A DNA stretch of 64,000 nucleotides from the NCBI RefSeq assembly GCF_009914755.1, contig NC_060927.1; one strand, given 5' to 3'. A program made the translations under genes and the position numbers. This DNA is from the human T2T-CHM13v2.0 reference genome, Homo sapiens. Below are positions 19,361 to 34,040 of the stretch, piece by piece; positions within the stretch are counted from its first letter, which is position 1; every line of letters begins with the position of its first letter. Below the pieces are notes generated by a model, which ran no database searches, was not told where the DNA came from, and worked only from the letters and a program-made list of their open reading frames with translations.

Positions 19361-19536
19361 CAGAGCTGACTTCACGTGCACATCACCTGTGTTCACACAA
19401 GGCCCACATTTAGAAGGGCTCCGTATTTGGTTTAATGCCATGTTGATGTTATCTTGAAGTTCTTGATCATTTTTTAATAAGGGGCCCCACATTTCCATTT
19501 TGTCCTAGGCCCTAGGCATATCAGTCGCTGGTCCTG
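19361..19536 (+). mobile_element. MER45A-like hAT DNA transposon relic
   Basis: CAGAGCTGAC...GCTGGTCCTG termini; TTTGGTTTAATGC...TCTTGAAGTTCTT...AAGGGGCCCCACATTTCCATTTTG resembles the remembered MER45A consensus. Confidence 0.7.
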
Positions 19537-20239
19537 CTCACAGCTTCTGTTGCCACTCTCCATGCCCTGCCCCACGGTCCTCCTGCTCCACGATTTGGGA
19601 GCAGAGAGGTTTGGCTCCCAAAAGAACTTTGAGGTTTAGTTCCTGAAGTCTTTACATAATTTATTACTAGTTCTCTTTTTCCAAGGAGGAATCTTAGAAA
19701 AGTGACATCCCTGGAAGGTTCAAAGATCATTACCCCAGTTCCCCAGGGCTAGGTAGGAACAGCTCCAACTCTAAAACCTGTAGGAGGGGAACTGGTTTTT
19801 TGTTTTTTTTGTTTTTTTTTTTTTCAGGAATGTGGGTGGTGGTGGACGGGAGTAGATATTTTGTAAAGTGGTGAAACTAAACAGTATCTAACAGATTGCC
19901 TTTATAGGACCATATTACTGTGTTCCTCTAGCACTGAAAGAAAGGTAAGGAGCTGTCATTTCCGGAAGGCCAAAGAGCCCTAGGCAGATGGGCCATTTTG
20001 CCTGAATCTAGCTTGGAAAGTACTGCCTGATGAGAAGACATAATTCTTACGTCTATAGGGAACCTTGAGACAAGAAGTCTGGATGTGAGTGACTGCACTA
20101 GCAGGCAAACCCCCTCCAAGATAAGAGAGGAATTTGTAGTTGATGCACTATTTTGAGATCACAAGAGGTCAGTCAGGGTGAGAATGCAGCATTTCAAAGT
20201 GTGTTGATGATAGAAGCCAAAGAGCCCCTAAGTCAAGGA

Positions 20240-20465
20240 CTCTCCAAGATAGGACTGTCCTCTCTGGCAAGCACAGGGGTGACATTTTAGACAAATCATC
20301 TCATCTTTCTGGGCTTGGTTCCTCATTTCTAAATGGTAATAATATTAGTACCAACCACATGGGGTTGTTGAGAAGAATAAATTAGTTTTTACATTAAAAG
20401 CAATTAAAACAGTGGCTGGCATATTGTAAACACTCCAGAAGTCATGGTTATGATTCATATTACTA
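20240..20465 (+). mobile_element. MIR SINE
   Basis: TTCCTCATTTCTAAATGGTAATAATATTAGTACCAACCACATGGGGTTGTTGAGAAGAATAAAT. Confidence 0.75.
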
Positions 20466-20792
20466 TGAAGTGATGACTTCCTCACTAAATAGCAGGTACA
20501 GGTAAAGACTGAGTTCTCTAGATGCCATCTTGAGCCACTTCCCTTTTAGCCTTGCCCATCAGATAGACCCCAGGTGTCCCTAGTCCCAGCACACATTCTT
20601 TCCAGGTGGCATTCTAGATGCTAGGAAGAAGAGAGACTGATATTTGGGAGGCTGGATGGAGGAAAAGGACAGCACCTATGAAGTGTTCTTGTTGAAGGAG
20701 AAGAAGCTGCCAGAAGAGGACTTCCAGTTTCCATCCCAGCAAATAAGAAGCTTGGAAGTCGCCACACTATCCTAACAAAAAGTAAAAAGCTG

Positions 20793-21148
<356 letters not shown>

Positions 21149-22796
21149 TTACAGGGCAAATCACTGCTCCCAAATTGAAGAGACAGGCAGGTGAATACAG
21201 AGAATCACAACAGACCAGAGCACAAACTGTGGGAACCAGGGCCAGGGTAGGAAAACCTACACTGTAATTGACTAATTACTGGAGGCTCAGTGTGGATAAC
21301 TCTAAGAGTGAAAAACTCTAAGACCTAGTCATGGGGATGGGAGACTCCTACACGTTTGTGTGTTTTACCCCCAAGAGCTTGACCTGGTGCTCCCATTGAA
21401 TATTGGAGAAAAATCCCTCATGTTTCCAGTACAGGGAGGGGGAAAGGAGCCATTTTGGAATACACCAAAACATTCTGTTCTTCTTAACAAGGTCTGCCCT
21501 CAAGAGAAACTATTTTACCAGTGCCTAAACTACTGGGGCTTTATCAGTACCTAACTGACCTGGAGGAAAGGAAACACCAAACTGGATCCCCCTCAAATCT
21601 TCCTGTCCCACCCACAGGAGAGGAGGGGGTACCGAGAAGCAGGTGTGACATTCACAGTCCAGAGGCACAGGCTCCCTAAGGGATTCAGACCAAATCATAG
21701 GACTGTGGAACACTTTCCCATTGCCTAGTGCCTTACCACCACATCACCAAAGGCCCATTTACAACAGTTCCTTTTACCCAAGACACCATGCCAGGCTTTG
21801 AAGAAAAAGTTACAAGGCATACTAAAGACAAAACAACAAAGTCCAAACAGACAGAGCAAACATTAAAGCCAGATTCGGGTATGACATGGATGTTGAAATG
21901 ATCAGACCGGGAATGTAAAACAGCTATGACTAGTATGCTAAGGGCTCTAGTGGATAAAGTAAGCGGCATGCAAGAACAGATGGGCAATGTAAGCAGAGAG
22001 ATGGAAATTCTAAGAACTAAAAAGAAAAAGAAACGCTAGAGATAAAAAACACTGTGACAGAAAAGAAGAATGCCTTCAATGAGCTTATTAGTAGACTGGA
22101 TATGGCTAAGAAAATAATCTCTGAGCTTGGGTGTATTTCAATAGAAACCTTCAAAACTGAAAAGAAAACAGAAAAAGGACTGAAATAAGTAGAACAGACC
22201 ATCCAAGAACTGCAGGACAACTACAAACGGTGTAAATGGGAATATAAAAAGGAGAAGAATGAGAGAAAGGAAAAGAAGAAATATTTGAAAGAATAATGAT
22301 TGAGAATTTCCCTCAATTAAGATCAGATACCAAACCACAGATTCCAGAAGCTCAGAGAACACAAAGCAGGATAAATGCCCCAAAAATACACCCAGGCATA
22401 TCATGTTCAAACTATAGAAAATCAACAGTAAAGAAAATCTTGAAAGAAGCCAGAGGGAAGAAACATCTTACCCTACAGAAGAGCAAAGGTAAGAATTATG
22501 TCTGACTTCTCTTCAGAAACAAAGCAAACAGGAAGAGAATGGACTAAAATACTTAAGGTGTTGAGAGAAAACAACCACCAACCTAGAATTCTGTACCCTG
22601 CAAAATTATCCTTCAAACATGAAGAAGTAAAGACTTCCTCAGAAAAACAAAAATTGAGAAAATTCTTTTTCCAATACAACTGCCTTGCAAGACATGTTAA
22701 AAGAAGTTATTTAGAAAGAAGAAAAATTATACAAATCAAAAACTGGGATCAACATAAAGAAAGGAAGAGCATCAGAGAAGGAACAAGTGAAGGTAA

Positions 22797-23125
<329 letters not shown>

Positions 23126-23322
23126 TTATTTTTCTCATTCTTAATTGATCTGATAGATATCAGTCTGTTCAAGATAATGATAGCATCAATGTACTTAATT
23201 GTATATGCTTACGTATAAGTGAAGTGAATGACAGCAATGATACCAGGGATGGAAGGGAGGAATTAAAATTATTTTGTTATCTTAGGTTACTTGTACTATC
23301 CATAAGCGATATAGTGTTGTTT

Positions 23323-23492
23323 GGGGTTTGTTTGTGTGTGTGTGTTTTAGATTTTTTGTTTTATTTGAGATGGGGTCACACTCAGGCCAGAGTGCAGTGG
23401 CGCCATCGTGGCTCACTCCTGGACTCAAGTGATTCTCCTACCTTGGCCTCCCAAAGCACCGGGAGACCAGGCATAAGCCACTGCACCCAGCT
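23323..23492 (-). mobile_element. Internally deleted Alu / monomer
   Basis: GAGTGCAGTGGCGCCATCGTGGCTCACT joined to GACTCAAGTGATTCTCCTACCTTGGCCTCCCAAAG; TSD-like TATAGTGTT(G/A)TTTG. Confidence 0.8.
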
Positions 23493-23784
23493 GGTATAGT
23501 GTTATTTGAAGTGGACTTGGATGAGTTGTAAATGTATATTGCAAACTCTAGGGCAACTTCTAAAAAAAAAAAAAAATTTAAAAAAACTGATATGCTTAGA
23601 AAGAAGAGGAAATGGAATAATAAAATGTTCAATTAAAACACAAAAGGAAGAAAAAGAGTAGAAGACAAAATAAGAACAAAGAACCAGGGCAACTTATAGA
23701 AAACAACAATAAATATGGTAATATTCATTCAGCTACATCAATAATCACTTTGAATATCAATGGCCTAAATGCACCCATTTTAAA

Positions 23785-24100
23785 AATAATTATTATTATC
23801 ATTATTTTATTATTATTTTGAGACAGGGTCTCACTCTGTCACCCAGGCTGGAGTGCAGTGACACAATCAAGGCTCACTGCAGCCTTGACCCCCAAAGCTT
23901 AAGCAATCCTCCCACTTCCGCCTCCGGAGTACTTGGGACTACAGTGCGCACCACTATGCAGGGCTAATTTTTTATTTTTCATAGAGATGGGAGTCTCACT
24001 GTGGTTCCCAGGCTGGTCTCAAACCCCTAGATGCAAGTGTTCCTCCTGCCTTAGCTTCCCAAAGTGCTGGGATTATAGGTGTGAGCCACTGTGCCCAGCC
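23785..24100 (-). mobile_element. Alu (AluJ-like)
   Basis: (TTA)n tail; TSD TAAATGCACCCA on both sides. Confidence 0.95.
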
Positions 24101-24636
24101 TAAATGCACCCACTAAAGGACAGAGATTGTTAAAGTGAATTGAAAAACAAGACCTGATTACATGTTGTCTACAAGAAACAAACTTTAAATATAAGAATCC
24201 AGATAGATTTAAAGTAAATGTATAGAGAAAGATATAACACAGTAACAGTAATTAGGAAAACAAGGATATATTAGTTTTGGAAAGAATAGACTTCAGAGCA
24301 AGGAAAGTTATCATGGACAAAGAGGGCAATATACAATAATAAAGAGATCAATTCTCCAAGAAGAAATAACAGTCCTTAATTTATGCTCCTAACAGAGCAT
24401 CAAAATAGGTGAGGCAAAAAGCAACAGAACTGCAAGGAGAAGTAGATGAATCCACTATTTTGGCTGGAGACTTCAATACCCTTTTATCAAAAGTGGACAG
24501 ACCCAGGAGGCAGAATATAAGTAACAATATAATTGAAGTCAATGACATGATCAATCAATTGGATATAATGGACATCTATAGACTACTTCATCCAACAACA
24601 GCAGAATACACATTCTTCTCAAGGTCACATGGAAAA

Positions 24637-24908
24637 ATCACCTGAGGTCAGGAGTTCGTGACCAGCCTGGCCAACGTGGTGAAACCCCATCTCTACTAAA
24701 AATACAAAAATTACCCTGGCATGGTGGCACATGCCTGTAATCCCAGCTACTCAGGAGGCTTGAGGCAGGAGAACTGCTTGAACCCAGGAGGCAGAGGTTG
24801 CAGTGAGCCAAGATCACGCCATTGCACTCCAGCCTGGGTGACACAGCAAGACTCTGTCTAAAAAAAAAAACAAAAACAAAAACAAATAAAAAAACAAAAA
24901 AAAAAAAA
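24637..24908 (+). mobile_element. Alu, 5'-truncated
   Basis: Begins at ATCACCTGAGGTCAGG; full 3' arm and A-rich tail. Confidence 0.95.
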
Positions 24909-25658
24909 GTTCACCAAGATAGGATTCTGGGACATAAAGCACACCTTAACAAATTTAAGCAAATAGAAATCACACAGTGTCTGCTATCGGACCGCAATAG
25001 AATTAAACTAGAAATCAATAACAGAAAGATAGCTGGAAAATTCCCAAGTACTTGGAGATTAAACAACACACTTCTAAATAACATGTGAATCAGAGAAGAA
25101 ATTTCAAAAGAAGTTTTAAAATATTCTGAACTAAATACAAGTGAAAGCACAGCTTATCAAAATTCGCAGATGCACCAAAACAGTGCTTAGGGGGCAAATT
25201 ACAGCATCGAATGCAAATATTTAAAAAGAAGAAAGCTCTAAAATCAATCATCTAAACTTCCTCCATAAGAAACTAAAAAAAAGAAGAGCAAATTAAATCC
25301 AAAGGAAGCAGAAGAAAAGACATTAAACATTAGAGCAGAAATCGAGATGCAACTGAAAACAGAAGATTAACAGACAAAATAAAGAAAACCTGATTTTGAA
25401 GTTTGAAAAGCCGATACTTTGAAAGCATAAAGAAAATAAAAGACAGGCAAACTAAGAATAGAAGAGAGAGGACATAAATTGTTAACATCAGAAATGAAAA
25501 AGGGAACATCACTGCAGATCTTATGGCCATTAAAAGAAACTTGAAGGAATACTATGAACAACTCTATACTCACAAATTTGATAACCTAGATGAAAGAGAC
25601 ATTCCTTGAAAGACACAATCTGCTAAAATTCACGTGAGAAGAAATAGGGCAATCTGAA

Positions 25659-25900
25659 GGCTAGGCACAGTGGCTCACACCTGTAATCCTAGCACTTTGG
25701 GAGGCCAAGGCTGGCAGATTGCCCGAGCTCGGGAGTTCAAGACCAGCCTGGGCAACATGGCAAAACCCTGTCTCTACTAAAAAACAAAACAAAAAAAATT
25801 AGCCATGTGTGGTGGCACGTGCCTGTAATCCCAGCTACTCGGGAGGCTGAAGCAGGCGAACTGCTTTCACCCAGGAGGCAGAGATTGCAATGAGCCGAGA
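25659..25900 (+). mobile_element. Alu lacking its 3' end and A-tail
   Basis: GGCTAGGCACAGTGG...GCAATGAGCCGAGA, then directly back into L1 sequence. Confidence 0.93.
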
Positions 25901-27167
25901 ATAGGCCTATATCTGTTAAAGAAATTGAATAATTGAATTCACAATTAATAATCTTCCAAAACAGTAAGCACCAAGTCCAGGTGAGTTCACCGGTGAATTC
26001 TAACAAGCATTTTAAAAGGAAATTTTACCAATTCTTCACAATCTCTTTCAGAAGATAGAAGCAGAGGGAAAACTTCCTAACTCATTCTATGAGGCCAGCG
26101 TCACCCTAATACTAAAACCAGACAAAGATATTGCAAGAAAAGAAAACTACAGACCAATATCTCTCTTAAACACAGATGTAAACGTGCTCAAAAAAATATC
26201 AAATGAAATCCAACAATGTGTAAATTATACACCATGACCAAGTGTAATTTATCCAAGGTATGCAAGTCAGAGTCAACGTTCAAAAATCAGTTAATGTAAA
26301 TGTAATATAAATGTAATGTAAAACCTATCACATCAACAGACTAAAGAAGAAAAATCACATGGTCATCTCAATAAATGCAGAAAAACAAGTTAACAAAATT
26401 GAATGCCCACTTATGGTTAAAAAAAAAAAAACGCTCAGTGAACTAGGAATAGAGGAGAACTTCCTCAACTTGTTAAAGAATATCTACAAGAAACCTATAG
26501 TGAACGTCACACTTACTGGTGAGAGACTCAGAGCTTTTTTCCCACTAAGATCAGGAGCAAGGCAAGGATGTTTCCTCTCACCATGCCTTTCAACATTGTA
26601 CTGAAAGTCCTAGCTAATACAACAAGACAAGAAAAGGAAATAAAAGCTATACAGATTGGAAAGGAATAAGTAAAACTGTCTTTGTTCACAGATGACATGA
26701 TTGGCTATCTAGAAAATCCAAAAGAATCAACCAAATACTGTTGGATCTAATAAGCAATTATAGCAAGGTTGCAGGATATAAGGTTAATATATAAAAGTCA
26801 ATTACTTTCCTATACACCAGCAATAAACAAGTGGAATTTGAAATTAAAAACACAATACCATTTATACCAGCACACCCAAAAGATGACAAGCTTTATTCGA
26901 GAAAAGCTACAAAACGCTGATGAAAGAAATCAAAGAACTAAATAAATGAAGGATATTCTATGTTCATAGATACAAAGACTCAATTATTGTCAAGATGTCA
27001 GTTCTTCCCAGTTGCTCTGTCGATTTCATACAATGTCAATCCCAGCAAGTCACTCTGTGTAAATCAACAAACTGATTCTAAAATTTATGTGGAGAGGCAG
27101 AAGACCCAGAATAGCCAATACAGCATTGAAAGAGAAAAACAAAGTTGGATGACTGTCACTACCATTT

Positions 27168-27288
27168 GCACATACAGCAAAGTGAATCTGGACACACACT
27201 CAACTGGACATGCACATACAACAAAGTGAATCTGGACACACACTCAACTGGACATGCACATACAAAAAAGTGAATCTAGATACACACT
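27168..27288. repeat. 44-bp tandem repeat, ~2.75 copies, inside L1 ORF2
   Basis: Unit GCACATACARCAAAGTGAATCTGGACACACACTCAACTGGACAT starting at 27168, 27212 and 27256. Confidence 0.92.
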
Positions 27289-27627
27289 TTACACCGTCCA
27301 CAAGAAGTAACACAGTGGACCACAGACCTAAACATAAAATGTAAAACTGGGAAACTCCTAGAATAACATAGGAGAAAATGGAGATGCCTGGGTTTCACAA
27401 TGACCTTTAGATACAAGACCAAAGCGACTATCCGTGAAAGAAAGAACTGATAAGGTAGGCTTCATTAAAATTGAGCATTTCTGCTCCATGAAAGACACTG
27501 TCATGAGAATGAGAAGGGAAGGTACACACTGAGAAAAAAACATTTGCAAAAGACGTTATCTGTTAAGGAACTGGTGTTCAAAATTTACAAAGAACTCTTA
27601 AAACTCAACAATAAGAAAAAGAAACCT

Positions 27628-27940
<313 letters not shown>

Positions 27941-28529
27941 AAACCTGATTAAAAAATAGACGAAGACCTTAACAGACACCTCAGCAAAGAAGATACACAG
28001 ATGACAAAGCATATGAAAAGATGCTCCACATCATATCATCATATGTCATCAGGGAAATGCAAATAAAATCAACAATGGGATACCATTACACGTCTGTTAG
28101 AATGGCCGAAATCCAGAACACTGACTGCACCAAATGCTGGCAAGGGTATGGAGCAGCAGAAGCTCTCATACATTGGTGGTGGGAATACAAACTGGTACAA
28201 CCACTTCCAAAGACTTTAGCAGTTTCAAAAAAAGTAAATATACTCTTACCATATAATCTAGCAGTCATGATCTCTGAAATTTCTCCAAAGGAGTTGAAAA
28301 CTTATGTCCATACAGAAACTTGCATACAGATGTTTATAGCAGCTTTATTCATAATTGCCAAAACCTAGAAACAAACAAATGTCCTGCAGGAAGTGAAAAG
28401 ACAAACCGTGGTATTAATACATCTGGACAATGGAATGCTATTCAATGCTTAAAAAAAAAAAAGAGCTAACAAGCATGAAAAGGCATGGAGGAACTTACAT
28501 GCATATTATTAAGTAAAAGAAACTAATCT

Positions 28530-28870
28530 AGCCTGGATGTGGTGGCTCATGTCTGTAATCCCAGCACTTTGGAGGCCAAGGTGGGTGGGGAGGTCACCTG
28601 AGGTCAGGAGTTCGAGACCTGCCTGGCCAACATGGGGAAACCCCGTCTCTACTAAAAATACAAAAATTAGCCTGGCATGGTGGCACATGCCTGTAATCCC
28701 ATCTACTTGGGACTTGGGAGGCTGAGGCAGGAGAATCACCTGAACCCGGGGGGTGGGGGGCAGAGGTTGCAGTGAACCGAAATGGTGCCACTGTACCCCA
28801 GCCTGGGTGACAGAACAAGATTCCATCTCAAAAAAAAAAAAAAAGAAAAAAAGAAAAAAGAAAGAAAAGA
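28530..28870 (+). mobile_element. Alu
   Basis: Full Alu with local expansions; TSD-like AAAAGAA(A/G)CTAA. Confidence 0.95.
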
Positions 28871-29344
28871 AGCTAACCTTAAGCTACATACTTTATGATT
28901 CCAACTATATGACATCTGGAAAAGGCAAAACTATGGAGACAGCAAAAAGACCAATGGCTGCCAGGAGTTAGTGGGGAGGGAGGCATGAACAGGTGGAGCA
29001 CAGAGGATTTTTAAGACAGTGAAACTACTCGGTATGAACTGTAATAGAGACACATGTTATCATACATTCGTCCGAAGCCACGAAATGGACGACTAAAGTC
29101 CAAAAGTGAACCCTAATGTAAACTATGGACTCTGGGTGATAATGATGTGTCAATATAGGGTTATCAATTGTAACAAATGTATTTAATACCACTCTGGTGG
29201 GGAATATTGATCGTGGGGGAGGCTATGCATGTGTTGAGGCAGGAAGTATATAGGAAATTGCTGTACCTTCTGTTCAATTTTGCAGTGAGCCTAAAACTGC
29301 TGTAAAAATTAGAGGTTTTTGTGTTTTTGTTTTTGTTTTTTTAA

Positions 29345-30290
<946 letters not shown>

Positions 30291-30384
30291 AAGAAAAGAA
30301 AAGAAAACCCAATCAAGTCTGTGGGTTTGAGATATGGGTCCCTGAGAAAGGATTCTGTCCAGGTGGGACTGGGACATGCCATGT

Positions 30385-30572
30385 CCCATGGGAAGATTTG
30401 GGGAAAGTTACTTAGCTCTCTTTGCCTCTATTTTCTCATCTGTAAAATGGGGGTTGGATAACAGTGCATTCCTCACAGGGCTGCTGTGAATACCCAATGA
30501 CTAAATAAATGTAAATCAGATATAACAGGGCCTTGCGCGTCATGGTAAGTGCCATATAACATTTGCTATTAA
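30385..30572 (+). mobile_element. MIR SINE
   Basis: GCCTCTATTTTCTCATCTGTAAAATGGGG...CTCACAGGGCTGCTGTGAA. Confidence 0.8.
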
Positions 30573-32637
30573 AGCATATCAAGCACCCTGAAGTACCCTA
30601 TTGCATCAACCCAAACTAAATCTCTACAGAACCCCACAGCTCAGACATCACCTCAGTTAAGCCTCCTGATAGCCCTTGGAGATAAACCTTCTTCTTACTC
30701 TCATTAGGCAGATAGGGAACCTGAGACATAGTCCATGGACATGCAGCTAGTTAGTGGCCAAACCTGCACCAGGGTTAGATCTCCTGACTCCATCCCAAGC
30801 CCTTTGGAGGCACCAACGCCGCCCTTTAGGGGATGAGTCAGCAGCTGAAATTAGATCTTTAGCTTTGTGTGATCAAAAACTTCATTTTGTCTCTTTGCCT
30901 GTTGTGACCAGCACCCCATCCCTGGGTAGGGGATGGTAACCAGACTCAAATGGAGCTAATAGGTGTCTCTTAGTCCCAGTCTGGGCAAGAGGATGGCACA
31001 GGGCCTAGGCAACCCTTTGCCCTAGAGTTTGGCCCCAGTCAGGCCTCCCTCCTGTGGCCAAGGAGTTTGTCGCAGCTAAACACTGGGTGGGCCTGAGCGT
31101 GGGGCTGCTGGTGGGGGCTAAGGAAGTAAAACAGACAGGAGCCACTCCAAGGCTGTAGCTCAGGATAGAGGTCTCCTCCAGTCTCCAGGGAGCCAAAATG
31201 CAAGTCTAGGATTTCAAAACTAGCCTCCCACAAAGGGAGAAGTCCTTGGGCTGCAATAGCATTGTTCTTGTTTGCAATTTCCTTTCCAGGAATAGGCTTA
31301 GGGGGCTCTGGGATAGTTGAATGTAAAATAATAACAATGATGAAACCTGTGATTTGTTGAATGCTACACACTGCGTGAAGCACAAAGGACATTTTTCTCA
31401 CTCAGACATTCCTTATTCACAATATACTGTGAAGTAGGCGTTTGTTTTTATTCAAACAACACAGAAGTTTAGAAAATAAGTCATGAAAGTCTCCCTCCAC
31501 CATCACCATCACCAGACCTGCCCTCCAGAGGTAGCCATTGTTTACAATCCTTCTGTATTCTTCCTGACATTTGTCTAATTTAATCAACGTTATATATACA
31601 CACCCACTCGTGTGTGTGCATATGTATACACATACACACAGTTTGTTTGTTTTTATAAAAGTAGGATTATACCTGATTCAGCAACTTGCTTTTTCCATGT
31701 ATGCATCTTTTCCCAATCCTATGCATATAAATATATGAGACTACAAGGAAATCTGAAATAAGCAAAGAAGATTACAGGGTTTCTCCAAGAGAAAACTATT
31801 TATTGTTGAGAGCAGACCCTCTGGATTATCTGATTCCAGCCTTTGGGCTAGTTTACTGCTCTGTAAGTTTTAGGGAAGAGAGGACACACAGTGACCCTGA
31901 ATTGTGGACCCGCAAATGAGCTCCATCCACCCTCCTACACGGGGCAAAAGCCAGATCATTGTGACCACTTGAAAATCAACATTCCATAACCATAAACACA
32001 TCTGTTCTTTGGATTCTTCTTTGAATCAGTTGTAACATCGCTGGTTCACTCATTCACAATGATAACGTGCTCATTTTTATCTATTTTAGAATCACGATTT
32101 CTAACTTGTTTTAAAACCATTTTTTAACAACACGCATTATTTTCTCTTTGTATAGATGGTGAAATCCAGACTTTGAAAGACTGAGCAAATTGCCCACAGC
32201 AACACTGTTGATAAATAGCAGAGTTTGGATTCAAGCGCAGGTCTGCAATCCTGCTTGCGCAAATTTCAAAGGAACGGATACTGGGTATCTTCCAGGTACT
32301 AGACCAAACATTTAGTGTATGTTAATTTGTTTAACCCTCCCCTCAACCTATGAAGTGAGTGTTAGCCCCACCCTTATAGAAAAGGCAACTGTGCCCAGAG
32401 CGGTGGAGGACTGCGCTCCAGGATGCAACCAAAGCCGGGTGCACAGCAGCCGGCATGGCGCCAAAGCTGAAGCCCTGAGCTGCTCTGCGGTGCTACCCTT
32501 TGTCCCTCCAGACTCTCTTTTCCTTCATCTGTTTGTCAGTAAACCGAAGCCACCACAGTTTGTCATTTGGATGATTTTCGGTAAGGTAACATTGCCCAGA
32601 AACTTTGGTTCCTGGTTTTGAAAGGAGCCAGAGGGAG

Positions 32638-33135
32638 CGTATGCATTTCCCAGGGGTGCCATAACAAACTACCATGCGCTGGGCGGCTTAAACAACAGAC
32701 ACGTGTGCTCTCATGTGTTGGAGGTTAGAAGACCAAAGTCAAGGTGTTGGCAGGGCCGTGCTCCCTCGGAAAGCTCCGGGAGAGAATCCTTCCTTGCCTC
32801 TTCTAGTTTCTGGGGTTTGCTGGCAATCTCTGACATTCCTTGGTTTACAGATGCACTACTCCAGCCCTCCCTCTTCCCGTGGCATATCTGCTGTGTGTCC
32901 CTGGGTGTCTTCATGTCATCCTCTTTCTGTGTCTGCTTGTCTCTGTGTTTATATTTCCCCTGTTCTAAGGACACCAGTCATATTGAAGCAGGCCCCATCT
33001 AAGGGCCTAATTTTAACTTGGTTAAATCTGCAAAGACCCTATATCCAAATTAGGTCACATGCCGAGCTCCCAGGGGTTAGGACTTCAATGAATCCTTTCG
33101 GGGGTTGAGAGAGTAACACAGTTCAACCCGTATCA
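32638..33135 (-). mobile_element. MaLR solo LTR (MLT1C/D-like)
   Basis: CCATAACAAACTACCATGCGCTGGGCGGCTTAAACAACAG...CAAAGACCCTATATCCAAATTAGGTCACAT is an antisense MLT1. Confidence 0.85.
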
Positions 33136-33584
33136 GGCAGCATATTGAAGTTTAGCCTCTACCAAGATGAGCTCTAAGCATGCCAGTCTCACAATCAGCT
33201 CTGTGGAGAAGGGGCCCTGTGGCCTCACAAATTTGGAAAAATCCTTCATGTTAGATGCCCTGGTGGTAATTCACAGGTATCATGAGCATGGTGACATGCT
33301 GGAAAGGACTGCGGCAAAGAAACCTGTTGACTCGAAGTTGGCATTTCCCAAACTTATTTGAGCATGGGAGCTGCGGGGGTGATGTGGTGGTGGCGGTGGT
33401 TTGAACAGTGTTCTGTGGAACACACTTGGGGAAACTCACATAACCAGAGCATGACTTTGAAGCCAGGAAGGCGTAGACTGGCATCGTGACTCTGCTATTA
33501 ACCGAATATGTGACCTTGGGCCATGAATTTCCCTCTCTGAGTCTCGATTTCCTCATTTCTACAATAGGAATGAAAATTTCTAAT

Positions 33585-34040
33585 CAATTACTGAGGGATA
33601 AGTTCACTGCTAAAACAAACAAACCCCAAAAAGCATAATGGCTGGGAAACAATAGAGTATAAGTTCATTTTCTTGCTCAGGACAGGGCAGAGAACATGCT
33701 GTCCGGGCAGTCTTTCTCCACACAGTCATTCAAAACCCCAAGGCGAGAGATGCTCTGCCATTTTAAGTTTGTAGCTTCCAAGGTCATGGTGGGGTTGCCC
33801 CTGTTCCATCCAGGCGGAAGCGTTGGAGCTTGGAGACTGCTTCCTGGGAAGTTTCTAGTGGGAGGCTCTGGAGTGGGGCAACCCACTGCACTGCTCACAT
33901 TCCACTGGGCAGAACCCGATCCTAGGGCTGGACTTAACTGTAAGGGGGTGGGAAAATTAGCAGCTATTTCCTTGCAGGAACTCAACCCTAAAAGAAGGAG
34001 AAGTACACCCTTGCAGTGGACACCTAGCCCTCTTCTAGTT
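33585..34040 (-). mobile_element. Old MaLR LTR (MLT1 H-K-like) inserted in a MIR
   Basis: CTGCTAAAACAAACAAACCCCAAAAAGCATAATGGC...CTGCTCACATTCCACTGGGCAGAAC; MIR pieces on both flanks. Confidence 0.55.
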
